Part shown: positions 21,353 to 30,561 of the stretch, piece after piece
How positions within the stretch are numbered: position 1 is the stretch's first letter
Layout of the letters: each line of letters opens with the position of its first letter
Source of the DNA: Gemmatimonadales bacterium
GTDB taxonomy: Bacteria; Gemmatimonadota; Gemmatimonadetes; Gemmatimonadales; GWC2-71-9
Direction: 5' to 3'
DNA: 64,000 nt
NCBI GenBank assembly: GCA_025927545.1
Contig: JAICLE010000005.1
Coordinates: forward strand, 720 to 64,719
Made by a program: the position numbers and the translations under genes
The notes under the pieces: generated by a model
Databases searched by the model: none
Told to the model about the DNA's origin: nothing
What the model saw: only the letters and a program-made list of their open reading frames with translations

Positions 21353-22878
21353 CGCTGCGCTTCGTGCCGACGCCGCTGGAGCATCCGCTCGGGCCGCCGG
21401 TGCCGGCCGCCGGCGGCCTCGACCCGGCCCTGGCGGAGGCGTTCGTCCCTTCGTCCACGCGGGACGCGCAACTGGCCCGCCTGCTCCAGCCCGGCGCGCT
21501 CGCCGTCACCACCGGCCAGCAGCCCGGCCTTTTCACCGGCCCGCTCTACACGATCCACAAAGCGCTGAGCGCCGTCGCGCTAGCCCGGCTGCTCGAACGC
21601 CGCTGGGGGCGGCCCGTACTCCCGATATTCTGGCTCGCCGGCGACGACCACGACTTCGCCGAGGCGAGCAGCGCGTCGTGGATCGCGGCGGACGGATCGG
21701 TGGCGAGCGCGGCCCTCCCACCGCGTCCGCCCGACGCTCCGCTCACGCCGATGTACCGCCAGCCCCTGGGCGAGGGCGTCGTGGCCGCGCTGGCGGCGCT
21801 GGCCGAAGGGCTCCCGGCGTCGGAGTTCCGGGACGCGACGCTCGCCTGGCTCGAGCGGCACTACCGGCCCGAAGCGAGCGTCGCGGGCAGCTTTGCCGGC
21901 GCCATGGCCGAACTGCTCGAGCCGCTCGGCGTGCTCGCCTTCGACAGCACGCATCCCGCGGCCAAGCAGGCCGCGGCTCCACACTTGGTTGCGGCGCTCC
22001 GACAGGCGGGTGAGCTGGACGACGCACTCGACCGCTGGTCGGAAGAGCAGGGGGCGGCGGCCCGCAACTCCGGGATCACCGTCGGCGATGGCGCGGCGCT
22101 CGTAATGCTGGAGGCCAGCCTCGGACGCGACCGCCTGGTGCGGGACGACAGCGGGTTCGTCACCCGTCGGAGCCGGGAGCGGTTCGATCTCGCGGCCATC
22201 GAGCGGATCGCGGCGGACGCACCCTCGCGGCTCTCGCCCAACGTTCTCCTCCGGCCCGTGGTGGAACGCGCGCTGCTCCCCACCGTGGCGTACCTGGGGG
22301 GCCCCGGCGAGCTCCGATATCTCGAGCTGACGCCGCCGATCTACTCCCTCATGAGGGTCCCGCGACAGCTTCCGCTGCCCAGGTGGTCGGGCGTCATCGT
22401 GGAGCCGCGGGTGGACCGCGTGCTCGAGAAATTCGGGCTCTCGCTCGAGGAGCTGCTCGCGCCCGCCGGGCCGCTCGAGGCGCGCCTGGTCCGCTCCCAG
22501 CTCCCCTCGGACGCGCTCACGTCGCTCGAGCGGCTCCGGACGGCGCTCGACACCGAGTACGGTCTCCTCGAGCACGTCGCCACGGCAATCGACCCCACCC
22601 TGGCGCGCCCGACCCGGAGCGCCCGGCAGCAGGCTCTGGCCGGGACCCAGGACGTGGAGAAAAAGCTGGTGCAGCACCTCAAGCGGCGGCAGGAGACGGA
22701 GCTCGGGCAGCTGGCCCGGGCGCGTAACGCGGTGGCACCCGGGGGCAAGCCGCAGGAACGGGTGCTCACGCTGGCACCGTTCCTCGCGCGGTACGGACCG
22801 ACGCTGCTCGAGGAGTTGACCGGGGCGATCCAGGCGTGGTACGGCGGCGCCCTTGAAGGGCCGCCGCAACCCGCGTAG
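21349..22878 (+). CDS. bshC: Bacillithiol biosynthesis cysteine-adding enzyme
   Basis: VTTGQQPGLFTGPLYTIHKA, FWLAGDDHDFAE, SPNVLLRPV, YLGGPGELRY, PQERVL. Confidence 0.93.
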   Translation: MTLRFVPTPLEHPLGPPVPAAGGLDPALAEAFVPSSTRDAQLARLLQPGALAVTTGQQPGLFTGPLYTIHKALSAVALARLLERRWGRPVLPIFWLAGDDHDFAEASSASWIAADGSVASAALPPRPPDAPLTPMYRQPLGEGVVAALAALAEGLPASEFRDATLAWLERHYRPEASVAGSFAGAMAELLEPLGVLAFDSTHPAAKQAAAPHLVAALRQAGELDDALDRWSEEQGAAARNSGITVGDGAALVMLEASLGRDRLVRDDSGFVTRRSRERFDLAAIERIAADAPSRLSPNVLLRPVVERALLPTVAYLGGPGELRYLELTPPIYSLMRVPRQLPLPRWSGVIVEPRVDRVLEKFGLSLEELLAPAGPLEARLVRSQLPSDALTSLERLRTALDTEYGLLEHVATAIDPTLARPTRSARQQALAGTQDVEKKLVQHLKRRQETELGQLARARNAVAPGGKPQERVLTLAPFLARYGPTLLEELTGAIQAWYGGALEGPPQPA

Positions 22879-22888
22879 ACTCGACCCC

Positions 22889-23167
22889 ATGTCGGTCATC
22901 GCGCTCTTCCTGCTCGTGGCGCTCCTGATCCCGATCCTCGGGATCGTGGTGGACTCGCCGATCGGGCGCGCGCTGGCGCGGCGGCTGGAAGGTCCGCAGG
23001 AAGCGCCCGCCGACGTGGTGGCGCTCGCCAAGCGCGTCGAACTGCTCGAGGCGGAAGTGGACGACCTCAACCGCACGATGCAGGGGCTGCAGGACGAGGC
23101 GGCCTTTCTCCAGCGCCTGCTCGCGACCCCGGCCCCCGCTCCCCTCCCACCGTCGCCCGAGTCCTGA
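22889..23167 (+). CDS. Small membrane-anchored coiled-coil protein
   Basis: Hydrophobic N-terminal helix, PIGRALARRLE, then heptad coiled coil; host-like codon usage. Confidence 0.75.
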   Translation: MSVIALFLLVALLIPILGIVVDSPIGRALARRLEGPQEAPADVVALAKRVELLEAEVDDLNRTMQGLQDEAAFLQRLLATPAPAPLPPSPES

Positions 23168-24747
23168 CCGCCGGCCAGCGCCGCACCGCGCGACCCGCGG
23201 TCATGGTGGCGGCCGGCATCCTCCTCAGCCGGCTCGTCGGTCTCGTTCGCAACCGGGTCTTCGCCCACTATTTCGGCACCTCCGACGCCGCGGACGCCTT
23301 CAATGCGGCGTTCAGGATCCCGAACTTCCTGCAGAACCTCTTCGGCGAAGGGGTGCTCTCCGCATCGTTCATCCCGGTGTACGCTGGCCTCCGCGCCCGG
23401 GGAGACGAGACGGAAGCCCGCCGCGTGGCCGGCGCCGTGGCCGCGCTGCTGGCGCTGGTCACGTCGCTGCTCGTGCTCGTGGGGGTGCTGCTCACGCCCT
23501 GGCTCATCGCGATCATCGCGCCGGGCTTCACCGGCGAGAAGCGCGAAGCGACCATCCGCCTCGTGCGTATCCTGTTCCCCGGGGCCGGGCTGCTCGTGCT
23601 CTCCGCCTGGTGTCTCGGCGTGCTCAACAGCCACCGCCGATTCTTCCTCAGCTATGCCGCGCCGGTGCTATGGAACCTGGCGATCATCGCGGGCCTCGTC
23701 GCCTTCGGACGGAGCCGGCCGCAGTACCCGCTCGCGGAAATCGCGGCCTGGAGCTCCGTGCTGGGCAGTCTGCTCCAGCTCCTCGTGCAGCTCCCGACGG
23801 TGGCGAAGCTGCTCCGGGGCATTCGCCCGCGCCTGCTCCGCGGCTCCGCGCAGGTGCGCGCGGTGCTTCACAACTTCGGGCCCGTGTTCGTCGGCCGCGG
23901 TGTGGTGCAGATCAGCGCGTACGTGGACACCGTTCTGGCGAGCCTCCTCCCCGGGGGAGCCGTGGCGGCGCTCTCGTACGCGCAAGTACTCTACACCCTC
24001 CCCGTGAGCCTGTTCGGCATGTCCGTGTCGGCAGCCGAGCTGCCCGCGATGGCGAGCGCCGTGGGGAGCGACGAGGAACGCGCCGCCTACCTCCGGCAGC
24101 GACTCGGCGCGGGTCTCCGGCAGATCGCCTTCTTCGTGGTGCCCTCGGCCGTGGCATTTCTCGCCCTGGGCGATGTCGTGGCCGGGGCGCTCTACCAATC
24201 GGGCGCGTTCACCCGGGGAATGACCTTGTACGTCTGGGGAATCCTGGCAGGGTCGGCCGTCGGGCTGCTCGCCTCGACCATGGGACGGCTCTACGCCTCC
24301 ACCTACTACGCGCTCCAGGACACGCGCACGCCGCTTCGCTTCGCCGTGGTTCGGGTCGCCCTCACGATCGCGCTGGGCTACCTGTTCGCGCTGCCGCTGC
24401 CGAGAGCGCTCGGCGTGGACCAGCGCTGGGGGGCGGCCGGCCTGACCGCGTCGGCCGGAATCGCGGGGTGGATCGAGTTTCTCCTGCTCCGCCGCGCGCT
24501 CAACGCCCGCATCGGCACGACCGGGCTGCCGATTCCGCTGGCGGTGAGGCTCTGGGTGGCGGCGGCCCTGGGCGCGGCGGCGGCCTGGGCGCTCCGCGCC
24601 GCAGCGCCGATCCGGCAGCCGGTGATCTCGGCGCTCGTGCTGCTGACGGTGTACGGGGCGGTGTATTTTTCAGTCACCCACCGCTTCGGCGTTCCGGAGT
24701 CCGGCGCGGTGGTCCGACGCCTCCGGTTCCTGCGACAACCCTCATGA
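23164..24747 (+). CDS. murJ: Lipid II flippase MurJ
   Basis: ILLSRLVGLVR, DAFNAAFRIPNFLQNLFGEGVLSASFIPVY, YALQDTRTP. Start uncertain (CTG 23164 or ATG 23203). Confidence 0.93.
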   Translation: MTAGQRRTARPAVMVAAGILLSRLVGLVRNRVFAHYFGTSDAADAFNAAFRIPNFLQNLFGEGVLSASFIPVYAGLRARGDETEARRVAGAVAALLALVTSLLVLVGVLLTPWLIAIIAPGFTGEKREATIRLVRILFPGAGLLVLSAWCLGVLNSHRRFFLSYAAPVLWNLAIIAGLVAFGRSRPQYPLAEIAAWSSVLGSLLQLLVQLPTVAKLLRGIRPRLLRGSAQVRAVLHNFGPVFVGRGVVQISAYVDTVLASLLPGGAVAALSYAQVLYTLPVSLFGMSVSAAELPAMASAVGSDEERAAYLRQRLGAGLRQIAFFVVPSAVAFLALGDVVAGALYQSGAFTRGMTLYVWGILAGSAVGLLASTMGRLYASTYYALQDTRTPLRFAVVRVALTIALGYLFALPLPRALGVDQRWGAAGLTASAGIAGWIEFLLLRRALNARIGTTGLPIPLAVRLWVAAALGAAAAWALRAAAPIRQPVISALVLLTVYGAVYFSVTHRFGVPESGAVVRRLRFLRQPS

Positions 24748-26564
24748 CGGCACCCCGACTTCACGACTCGCTGCAGCGCAAGCTCGACACCCTACCGGAC
24801 GGCCCCGGCGTCTACCTCTGGAAGGACGCTGCCGGGGAGATTCTGTACGTCGGCAAGGCCAAGCGGCTCAGCAGCCGGGTGCGGAGCTACTTCGCCGCCG
24901 ACGTCGAGGCGAGCCCCAAGAACCGCCTGCTCCAGCGGCTGATCGCGGACGTCGAGACGATCGTGGTCGCCTCCGAGCCCCAATCGCTGATCCTCGAGAA
25001 CAATCTGATCAAGGAGTACCGCCCGCGGTTCAACGTGCGGCTCAAGGACGACAAGAGCTACCCGTCCATCGCCGTGACGCTGGCGGAGCCGTTTCCCCGG
25101 GTGCTGGTAACGCGCCGGCGTGATATCCCGGGGGCACGCTACTACGGTCCCTACACCGACGTGGGCCAGCTCCGGCGCACGCTGGCGATCATCCGCCGGC
25201 TCTATACCGTCCGGAGCTGCGCGGACGGGCTGCCAGGGGAGACGCGGGAGCGTCCGTGCCTCGACTACCACATCGGCCGGTGCCGGGCGCCCTGCGTCGG
25301 CTGGCAGTCGGCCGCCGATTACCGGCGGATGGTCGACGACGTCGTCGATTTTCTCGAGGGACGCACCGGCGACGTCCGACAGAAGGTGCGTGAGGCGATG
25401 CTGGCCGCCAGCGGCCGCGAGGACTACGAGCGCGCGAAGGAGATGCGCGACGCGCTCCGGTGGCTCGAACGGCTGGAGGAGCCGGCCAGCGTGGAGGTGA
25501 TCGGTACCGGTGACGCCGACGTCGTGGGCTACGCCCGGGACGGAGACGACGCGGTTGGGGTGCTCATCCGCGTGCGCGAAGGCCGGGTGGTGGGCCGGGA
25601 GCACCGGTTCCTCGAGGGGCTCGAGGAGGAGGCCGACGGCGCCGTGCTGAGTGCCTTTCTCGTCCGATATTACGTCCCGACGGAATCGCGGGCGCGGCGC
25701 GTCGTGGTCCCTTTTCCGCCGGACGACTGGGATGCGCTGCGCGAGCTCGTCCCCGAGGCGGACTGGACGATCCCGCAGCGGGGAACCGCCCACCGCTGGC
25801 TCGAGCTGGCCGACCACAACGCCCGGCACCTGCTGGAGAGCCTGCGGATCGAGTCGTTCGAAACGGAGGAGCGCGCCGAGGATCCGGTGTACGCCCTGGG
25901 CCGCGATCTGGGGCTCAACTCGGTGCCACGCAGCCTGGTCTGCGTGGACATCTCCCACAATCAGGGCCGCGACACGGTCGGCTCGCTGGTCTGGTTCGAG
26001 GCCGGCCGCCCGAAGAAGAGCGAGTACCGGAAGTTCCGGATCCAGGGCCTGGGGCAGCAGGACGACTTCGCGGCCATTCACGAGGTCATCACCCGCTATC
26101 TCACGCGTCGCCGGGACGAGGGGCTTCCGCTGCCGGACCTGATCGTGATCGACGGCGGCAAGGGCCAGCTCAACGCCGCGCTCGACGCGATGGAAAAGGT
26201 GGGTCTCGGCCCGATCCCGATGGTGAGCCTGGCCAAGCGCGAAGAGGAGGTGTTCCTGCCGGGCCGGTCGGAGAGCCTGCGGCTGTCCCGCCGGAGCCCG
26301 TCGCTCCGGCTGCTGCAGCGGGCACGCGACGAGGCACACCGGTTCGGACTGGCCTACAACCGGCAGCGCCGCACCCGGCGGACGATCACGTCGGAGCTGC
26401 TCAACATTCCCGGCGTGGGCCCCAACCGGCGACGGCAGCTGCTCGAGCGCTTCGGCAGCCTGGCGGGCGTGAAATCCGCCTCGGTCACGGAGCTCGCGAC
26501 CGTTCCCGGCTTCTCAGCGCGTCTGGCCGAGCGGGTCCTCTCCCACCTGAATGGCACTCAGTGA
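24744..26564 (+). CDS. uvrC: Excinuclease ABC subunit C
   Basis: PGVYLW...YVGKAKRL GIY-YIG domain, PRFNVRLKDDKSYP, DISH, IDGGKGQL, RDEAHRF, C-terminal HhH motif IPGVG. Confidence 0.96.
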   Translation: MTAPRLHDSLQRKLDTLPDGPGVYLWKDAAGEILYVGKAKRLSSRVRSYFAADVEASPKNRLLQRLIADVETIVVASEPQSLILENNLIKEYRPRFNVRLKDDKSYPSIAVTLAEPFPRVLVTRRRDIPGARYYGPYTDVGQLRRTLAIIRRLYTVRSCADGLPGETRERPCLDYHIGRCRAPCVGWQSAADYRRMVDDVVDFLEGRTGDVRQKVREAMLAASGREDYERAKEMRDALRWLERLEEPASVEVIGTGDADVVGYARDGDDAVGVLIRVREGRVVGREHRFLEGLEEEADGAVLSAFLVRYYVPTESRARRVVVPFPPDDWDALRELVPEADWTIPQRGTAHRWLELADHNARHLLESLRIESFETEERAEDPVYALGRDLGLNSVPRSLVCVDISHNQGRDTVGSLVWFEAGRPKKSEYRKFRIQGLGQQDDFAAIHEVITRYLTRRRDEGLPLPDLIVIDGGKGQLNAALDAMEKVGLGPIPMVSLAKREEEVFLPGRSESLRLSRRSPSLRLLQRARDEAHRFGLAYNRQRRTRRTITSELLNIPGVGPNRRRQLLERFGSLAGVKSASVTELATVPGFSARLAERVLSHLNGTQ

Positions 26565-27745
26565 CCGCCGGGCCCGCCGCCGACTGGACGCTCGAGTGTT
26601 CGAGCTGCGGCGCGGGACGTGGGCCCGAAGGGCTTCCCACGGTGTGCGAGGGCTGCGGCATGCCGTGGCTCGTGCGCTACCCCCACCGGGTGCCGGTGCT
26701 GGTCGATCGCGCGGAGCTGCGCCGGCTGCACGGGATGTGGCGGTTCCGTCGGTTTCTCCCGCTGGCCGAGGGAGAGGAGCCGGTCACGCTCGGCGAGGGC
26801 GACACGCCGCTCCTCCGGACTGCGCGCGCGGGGAGCCGGCTCGGGCTCCACGATCTCTGGGTCAAGGACGAGGGGGCCAACCCGACCGGCTCGTTCAAGG
26901 CGCGGGGGCTGAGCGCCGCCGTGACCCGCGCGGTGCTCGCGGGCGCGGAGCGCTTCGTGCTGCCGACGGCGGGCAACGCAGGCGTGGCGGCCGCCGCATA
27001 TGCCGCCCGCGCGGGTGTCCCCGTCCGGGTCTATGCCCCCACGACGACACCGCGGACCATCCTCTCGCAGATCCTGGCGTTCGGTGGCGAGCTCGTGCTG
27101 CTCGACGGACACATCGGCCACTGCGGCTCGGCGGCGAGGGCATACGCGGCGGAAACCGGGGCCGTGGACCTCTCCACGCTGCGGGAGCCCTATCGCATCG
27201 AGGGAAAGAAGACGCTCGGACTGGAGCTCGCCCTGCAGCTGGGTTGGCGGCTGCCGGCTGCCATCATCTATCCAACCGGGGGCGGGACGGGTCTCATCGG
27301 GATGTGGAAGGCGTTCGCCGAGCTCCGGGCCGCGGGCTGGGTTCAGGATTCCCTGCCGCGCATGTACACGGTGCAGAGCAGCGGCTGCGCGCCGGTGGTG
27401 CGAGCGTTCGACACGTGGGCCGAGCAGTGCGAGCCGTGGGAGGCGCCGGAGACCGTCGCGAGCGGGCTCCGCGTCCCCAACCCCCTTGGCGGCCGACTGA
27501 TGCTGCAGGCGCTCCGGGAGAGCGGAGGAGGGGCCGTCGCGGTGAGCGACGTCGAGCTGGAGCGCGAGGCCCTGGCCGCAACTCGCGAGGAAGGCATCGA
27601 CTTCTCCCCCGAGGGTGGCGCTACGCTGGCGGCGGCGCGCGCGCTGCTCGACCGGGGAGCGCTCCGGCCGGACGAGCGAGTGGTCGCGTTCAACACCGGA
27701 GCCGGCTGGCTCTATCGGGACCCCTCGGGTTTGCCTCCGGTCTGA
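26561..27745 (+). CDS. thrC: Threonine synthase family PLP enzyme
   Basis: N-terminal CxxC..CxxC, TLGEGDTP, NPTGSFKARG, PYRIEGKKT, YPTGGG, FNTG. Confidence 0.85.
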   Translation: MTAGPAADWTLECSSCGAGRGPEGLPTVCEGCGMPWLVRYPHRVPVLVDRAELRRLHGMWRFRRFLPLAEGEEPVTLGEGDTPLLRTARAGSRLGLHDLWVKDEGANPTGSFKARGLSAAVTRAVLAGAERFVLPTAGNAGVAAAAYAARAGVPVRVYAPTTTPRTILSQILAFGGELVLLDGHIGHCGSAARAYAAETGAVDLSTLREPYRIEGKKTLGLELALQLGWRLPAAIIYPTGGGTGLIGMWKAFAELRAAGWVQDSLPRMYTVQSSGCAPVVRAFDTWAEQCEPWEAPETVASGLRVPNPLGGRLMLQALRESGGGAVAVSDVELEREALAATREEGIDFSPEGGATLAAARALLDRGALRPDERVVAFNTGAGWLYRDPSGLPPV

Positions 27746-27768
27746 TCCCCGCCCATATTCACAAGTCT

Positions 27769-29091
27769 ATGGTTGATGGACGTTTTGCCATCATCGACCC
27801 GGCCGCGGGAATCAGCGGGGACATGCTGCTGGGCGCGCTCGTCGCGGCCGGCGCACCCGTGGAGTGGCTGCGCGGACTCCCGGCTCGGCTGGGCTCCCCC
27901 GAGGTCACGGTCTCGGTCACGCCGGTAGACCGCTGCGGGCTGCGGGCGACCAAAGTGGACGTCATCCTGCCCGGCGGCGAGCAGGAACAGCCGAGCAACC
28001 CCGTCGTACATGCGCATGCGCATGATGAACGCGACGAGGGCGGGGCTCACCACTCCCACGAGCACCCACCCCACTCGCCCGGGGCACATCGGCACATCAC
28101 CCACCTGATCGCCGCCGTCGAGTGCGCACCGCTGTCGGCCTGGGTGCGGGAGCGTGCTGTGCGGGCCTTCCGCCTGCTCGGCCAGGCGGAGGGTCGCGTC
28201 CACGGGCTGCCGGCCGAGCAGGTGGCGCTCCACGAGGTCGGCGCGGTCGACGCGCTGATCGACATCGTGGGGGCCATCGAAGGTTTCGAGCAGCTCGGCA
28301 TCAACCGGATCTACAATCGTCCGATCGGCGTGGGAGACGGCTGGGTGCGGGCCGCGCACGGCATCATACCTGTCCCGGCTCCCGCCACGGCGATCCTGCT
28401 CGAGGGACTCGAAGTCGGCCCCAACGGCCCCGTCACAGGGGAGGCCGTGACCCCGACGGGAGCGGTCCTGCTGCGCGTGCTCTCCGAGGGAGCGCCGCCG
28501 GCCCGCTGGCGGGGCGTGGTCGCGGGCGCCTGGGGCGCGGGCGGGCGCAACCCATCCACCTACGCCAACGCGCTCCGCCTCATCGTCGCCGAGCCGGTGG
28601 CGGAGGCAGGTGAGGTCGTCCTCCTGTCCACGAACCTCGACGACATGAGTCCCGAGTACCTCGACCCGCTGCGCGAGGCACTGGTCGCCGCCGGCGCCCT
28701 CGACGTGCAGGTCTGGTCCACGCAGATGAAGAAGGGCCGCACCGGATTCCGGGTGGAGGCCGTGGCACCGGCGCCGCTCGTCGACAGGGTCACGGACGCC
28801 TTCTTCCGCCACAGCACCACCGCGGGGGTGCGGCGGCAGCCGGCGGAGCGGGTGACGCTCCCGCGGCGTGAGGTCCAGGTCGAAGCGGCCGACGGCACGC
28901 GCGTCCGGGTGAAGGTGCTCGAGGCGCCCGACGGCCCCAGGATGAAACCGGAATACGACGATGTGGCAGCCCTGTCCCTGCGGACGGGACAGCCCGCCCA
29001 CGAGGTGGCAAGGGACTTGCGTGAGCGGGCGCTTCGCCTGGTGAGCCCCGAGGGCGCCACCGGGCTCCGGACCTCGAACAAGGAGTCATGA
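27769..29091 (+). CDS. larC: Nickel pincer cofactor biosynthesis protein LarC
   Basis: GISGDMLLGAL, His-rich insert, AEGRVHG, HEVGAVDALIDIVG, HG..PVPAPAT, TPTGA, NLDDMSPE, MKKGR, KPEYDD. Confidence 0.92.
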   Translation: MVDGRFAIIDPAAGISGDMLLGALVAAGAPVEWLRGLPARLGSPEVTVSVTPVDRCGLRATKVDVILPGGEQEQPSNPVVHAHAHDERDEGGAHHSHEHPPHSPGAHRHITHLIAAVECAPLSAWVRERAVRAFRLLGQAEGRVHGLPAEQVALHEVGAVDALIDIVGAIEGFEQLGINRIYNRPIGVGDGWVRAAHGIIPVPAPATAILLEGLEVGPNGPVTGEAVTPTGAVLLRVLSEGAPPARWRGVVAGAWGAGGRNPSTYANALRLIVAEPVAEAGEVVLLSTNLDDMSPEYLDPLREALVAAGALDVQVWSTQMKKGRTGFRVEAVAPAPLVDRVTDAFFRHSTTAGVRRQPAERVTLPRREVQVEAADGTRVRVKVLEAPDGPRMKPEYDDVAALSLRTGQPAHEVARDLRERALRLVSPEGATGLRTSNKES

Positions 29092-29094
29092 CGA

Positions 29095-30534
29095 GTGAAC
29101 GCCCAGATCGCGTCGACCTTCATCCTGCTGTCCCTGAGTGCGACCGCGGTGAGCGCCCAGCAGCCGGCGCTGAACGACCGCGTGGCCGCGGCGATGCCGA
29201 GCAAGTACGAGGGAGCCAGTTGCGGCATCAAGCCGAACCATTTCAAGGTGAGCAGCGGAGCCTCGTACCTGAAGACCAGCATCGAGACGGAAGTTCCCGA
29301 AAACAAGGCGCGGTCGCTCGGCAACGGCGAGCGGGTCCTGCTCGAGGCCATCAAGCAGAACGGCCAGGACAAGAATCCCGCCGCCTGGTACTACCTCGGC
29401 CGGATCTACCTGCGCCAGGGCGATCTGTACCACGCGGATTCCGCGCTCAGCCGCGCGCAGGCGCTGGCGCCTGACTGTGCCAAGGACATCTCCGGCTACC
29501 GGCGCGCCGCCTGGGGCGCGCTGCTCAACGCGGGAAGCAAGTTCGAGCAGGAGAAGAACAGCGATTCGGCTCTGGCCATGTTCCGTCAGGCCGGAGTCAT
29601 CTATCCGGGGTCTCCTCGCGTCTACTACGGGATGGCCACGATCATGAACGACAAGGGCCAGACCGACAGCGCCGCATACTACTTCGGCCAGGCGGCGTCG
29701 GCGGGCGAGAATGCCACGGATACGATCGACGTGCAGATCCGCGACCGGTCCGCGTTCAACCAGGCGGCGCTGCTGCTCAACGCCAAGAAGTATGACGAGG
29801 CGGCGGCCGCGTTCGAGCGCTATCTCAAGTGGAACCCGAAGGACGTCGAGGCCAAGCGCGGGCTCGCGGGCGCCTATCGCGGCGCCGGCAAGGTGGAGCA
29901 GGCACAGGCACTGGAGAAGGAGCTCGTCGCGGCCGGAGGCGCCCCGAGCGCCGCCGGGGCGCCCCCGGCTTCGCAGGATCTGATGGCGATCGGCGTGAAC
30001 TTCTACAACGAGAAAAAGTATCCCGACGCCGCCGCGGCATTCGAGAAGGTGGTCGCGTCGGAGCCTTACAACCGGGATGCCCTCTCGAACCTGAGCAACA
30101 CCTACCTGGCCATGAAGAATGGCGCCAAGCTGGCGGAGACGGCGGCCAAGCTGGTGGCCATCGAGCCGCTGAGCGAAAATGCCCTGAAGCTCCTCGGCGA
30201 GGGCTACAAGCAGGCAGGCAAGGTGGACCAGGCCGTCAAGACCGCCGAGCAGGTGCTGGCCCTGCCTGCCGACGTCAAGGCCTCGAACTTCGTCGTGTCC
30301 GCGGGAGACGCCACGCTGACCCTGTCGGCGTCGGGCCGTGCGGCTCAGACACCTTCCGGCAAGGCCATTCCACCCGCGCCGGTGGCGATCGTGGTGGAGT
30401 TCCTCAACGCGGCCGGCGGCGTGGTCGCCACCGAGGAGGCGCAGGTCCCGGCGCTTAAGTCCGGCGCCTCGCAGGAGATCCCTGTCGCGGCGAAGGGGAG
30501 TGGAATCACGGCCTGGCGCTACCGGCGGAAGTAG
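29095..30534 (+). CDS. Secreted TPR-repeat protein with C-terminal FxLYD-like Ig domain
   Basis: Signal peptide ending VSA-QQ, TPR helices (AWYYLGRIY, YDEAAAAFERYL), C-terminal VEFLNAAGGVV...AWRY. Confidence 0.8.
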   Translation: MNAQIASTFILLSLSATAVSAQQPALNDRVAAAMPSKYEGASCGIKPNHFKVSSGASYLKTSIETEVPENKARSLGNGERVLLEAIKQNGQDKNPAAWYYLGRIYLRQGDLYHADSALSRAQALAPDCAKDISGYRRAAWGALLNAGSKFEQEKNSDSALAMFRQAGVIYPGSPRVYYGMATIMNDKGQTDSAAYYFGQAASAGENATDTIDVQIRDRSAFNQAALLLNAKKYDEAAAAFERYLKWNPKDVEAKRGLAGAYRGAGKVEQAQALEKELVAAGGAPSAAGAPPASQDLMAIGVNFYNEKKYPDAAAAFEKVVASEPYNRDALSNLSNTYLAMKNGAKLAETAAKLVAIEPLSENALKLLGEGYKQAGKVDQAVKTAEQVLALPADVKASNFVVSAGDATLTLSASGRAAQTPSGKAIPPAPVAIVVEFLNAAGGVVATEEAQVPALKSGASQEIPVAAKGSGITAWRYRRK

Positions 30535-30561
30535 TCTGGAGCAGACCACAGAGGAGGGGCC

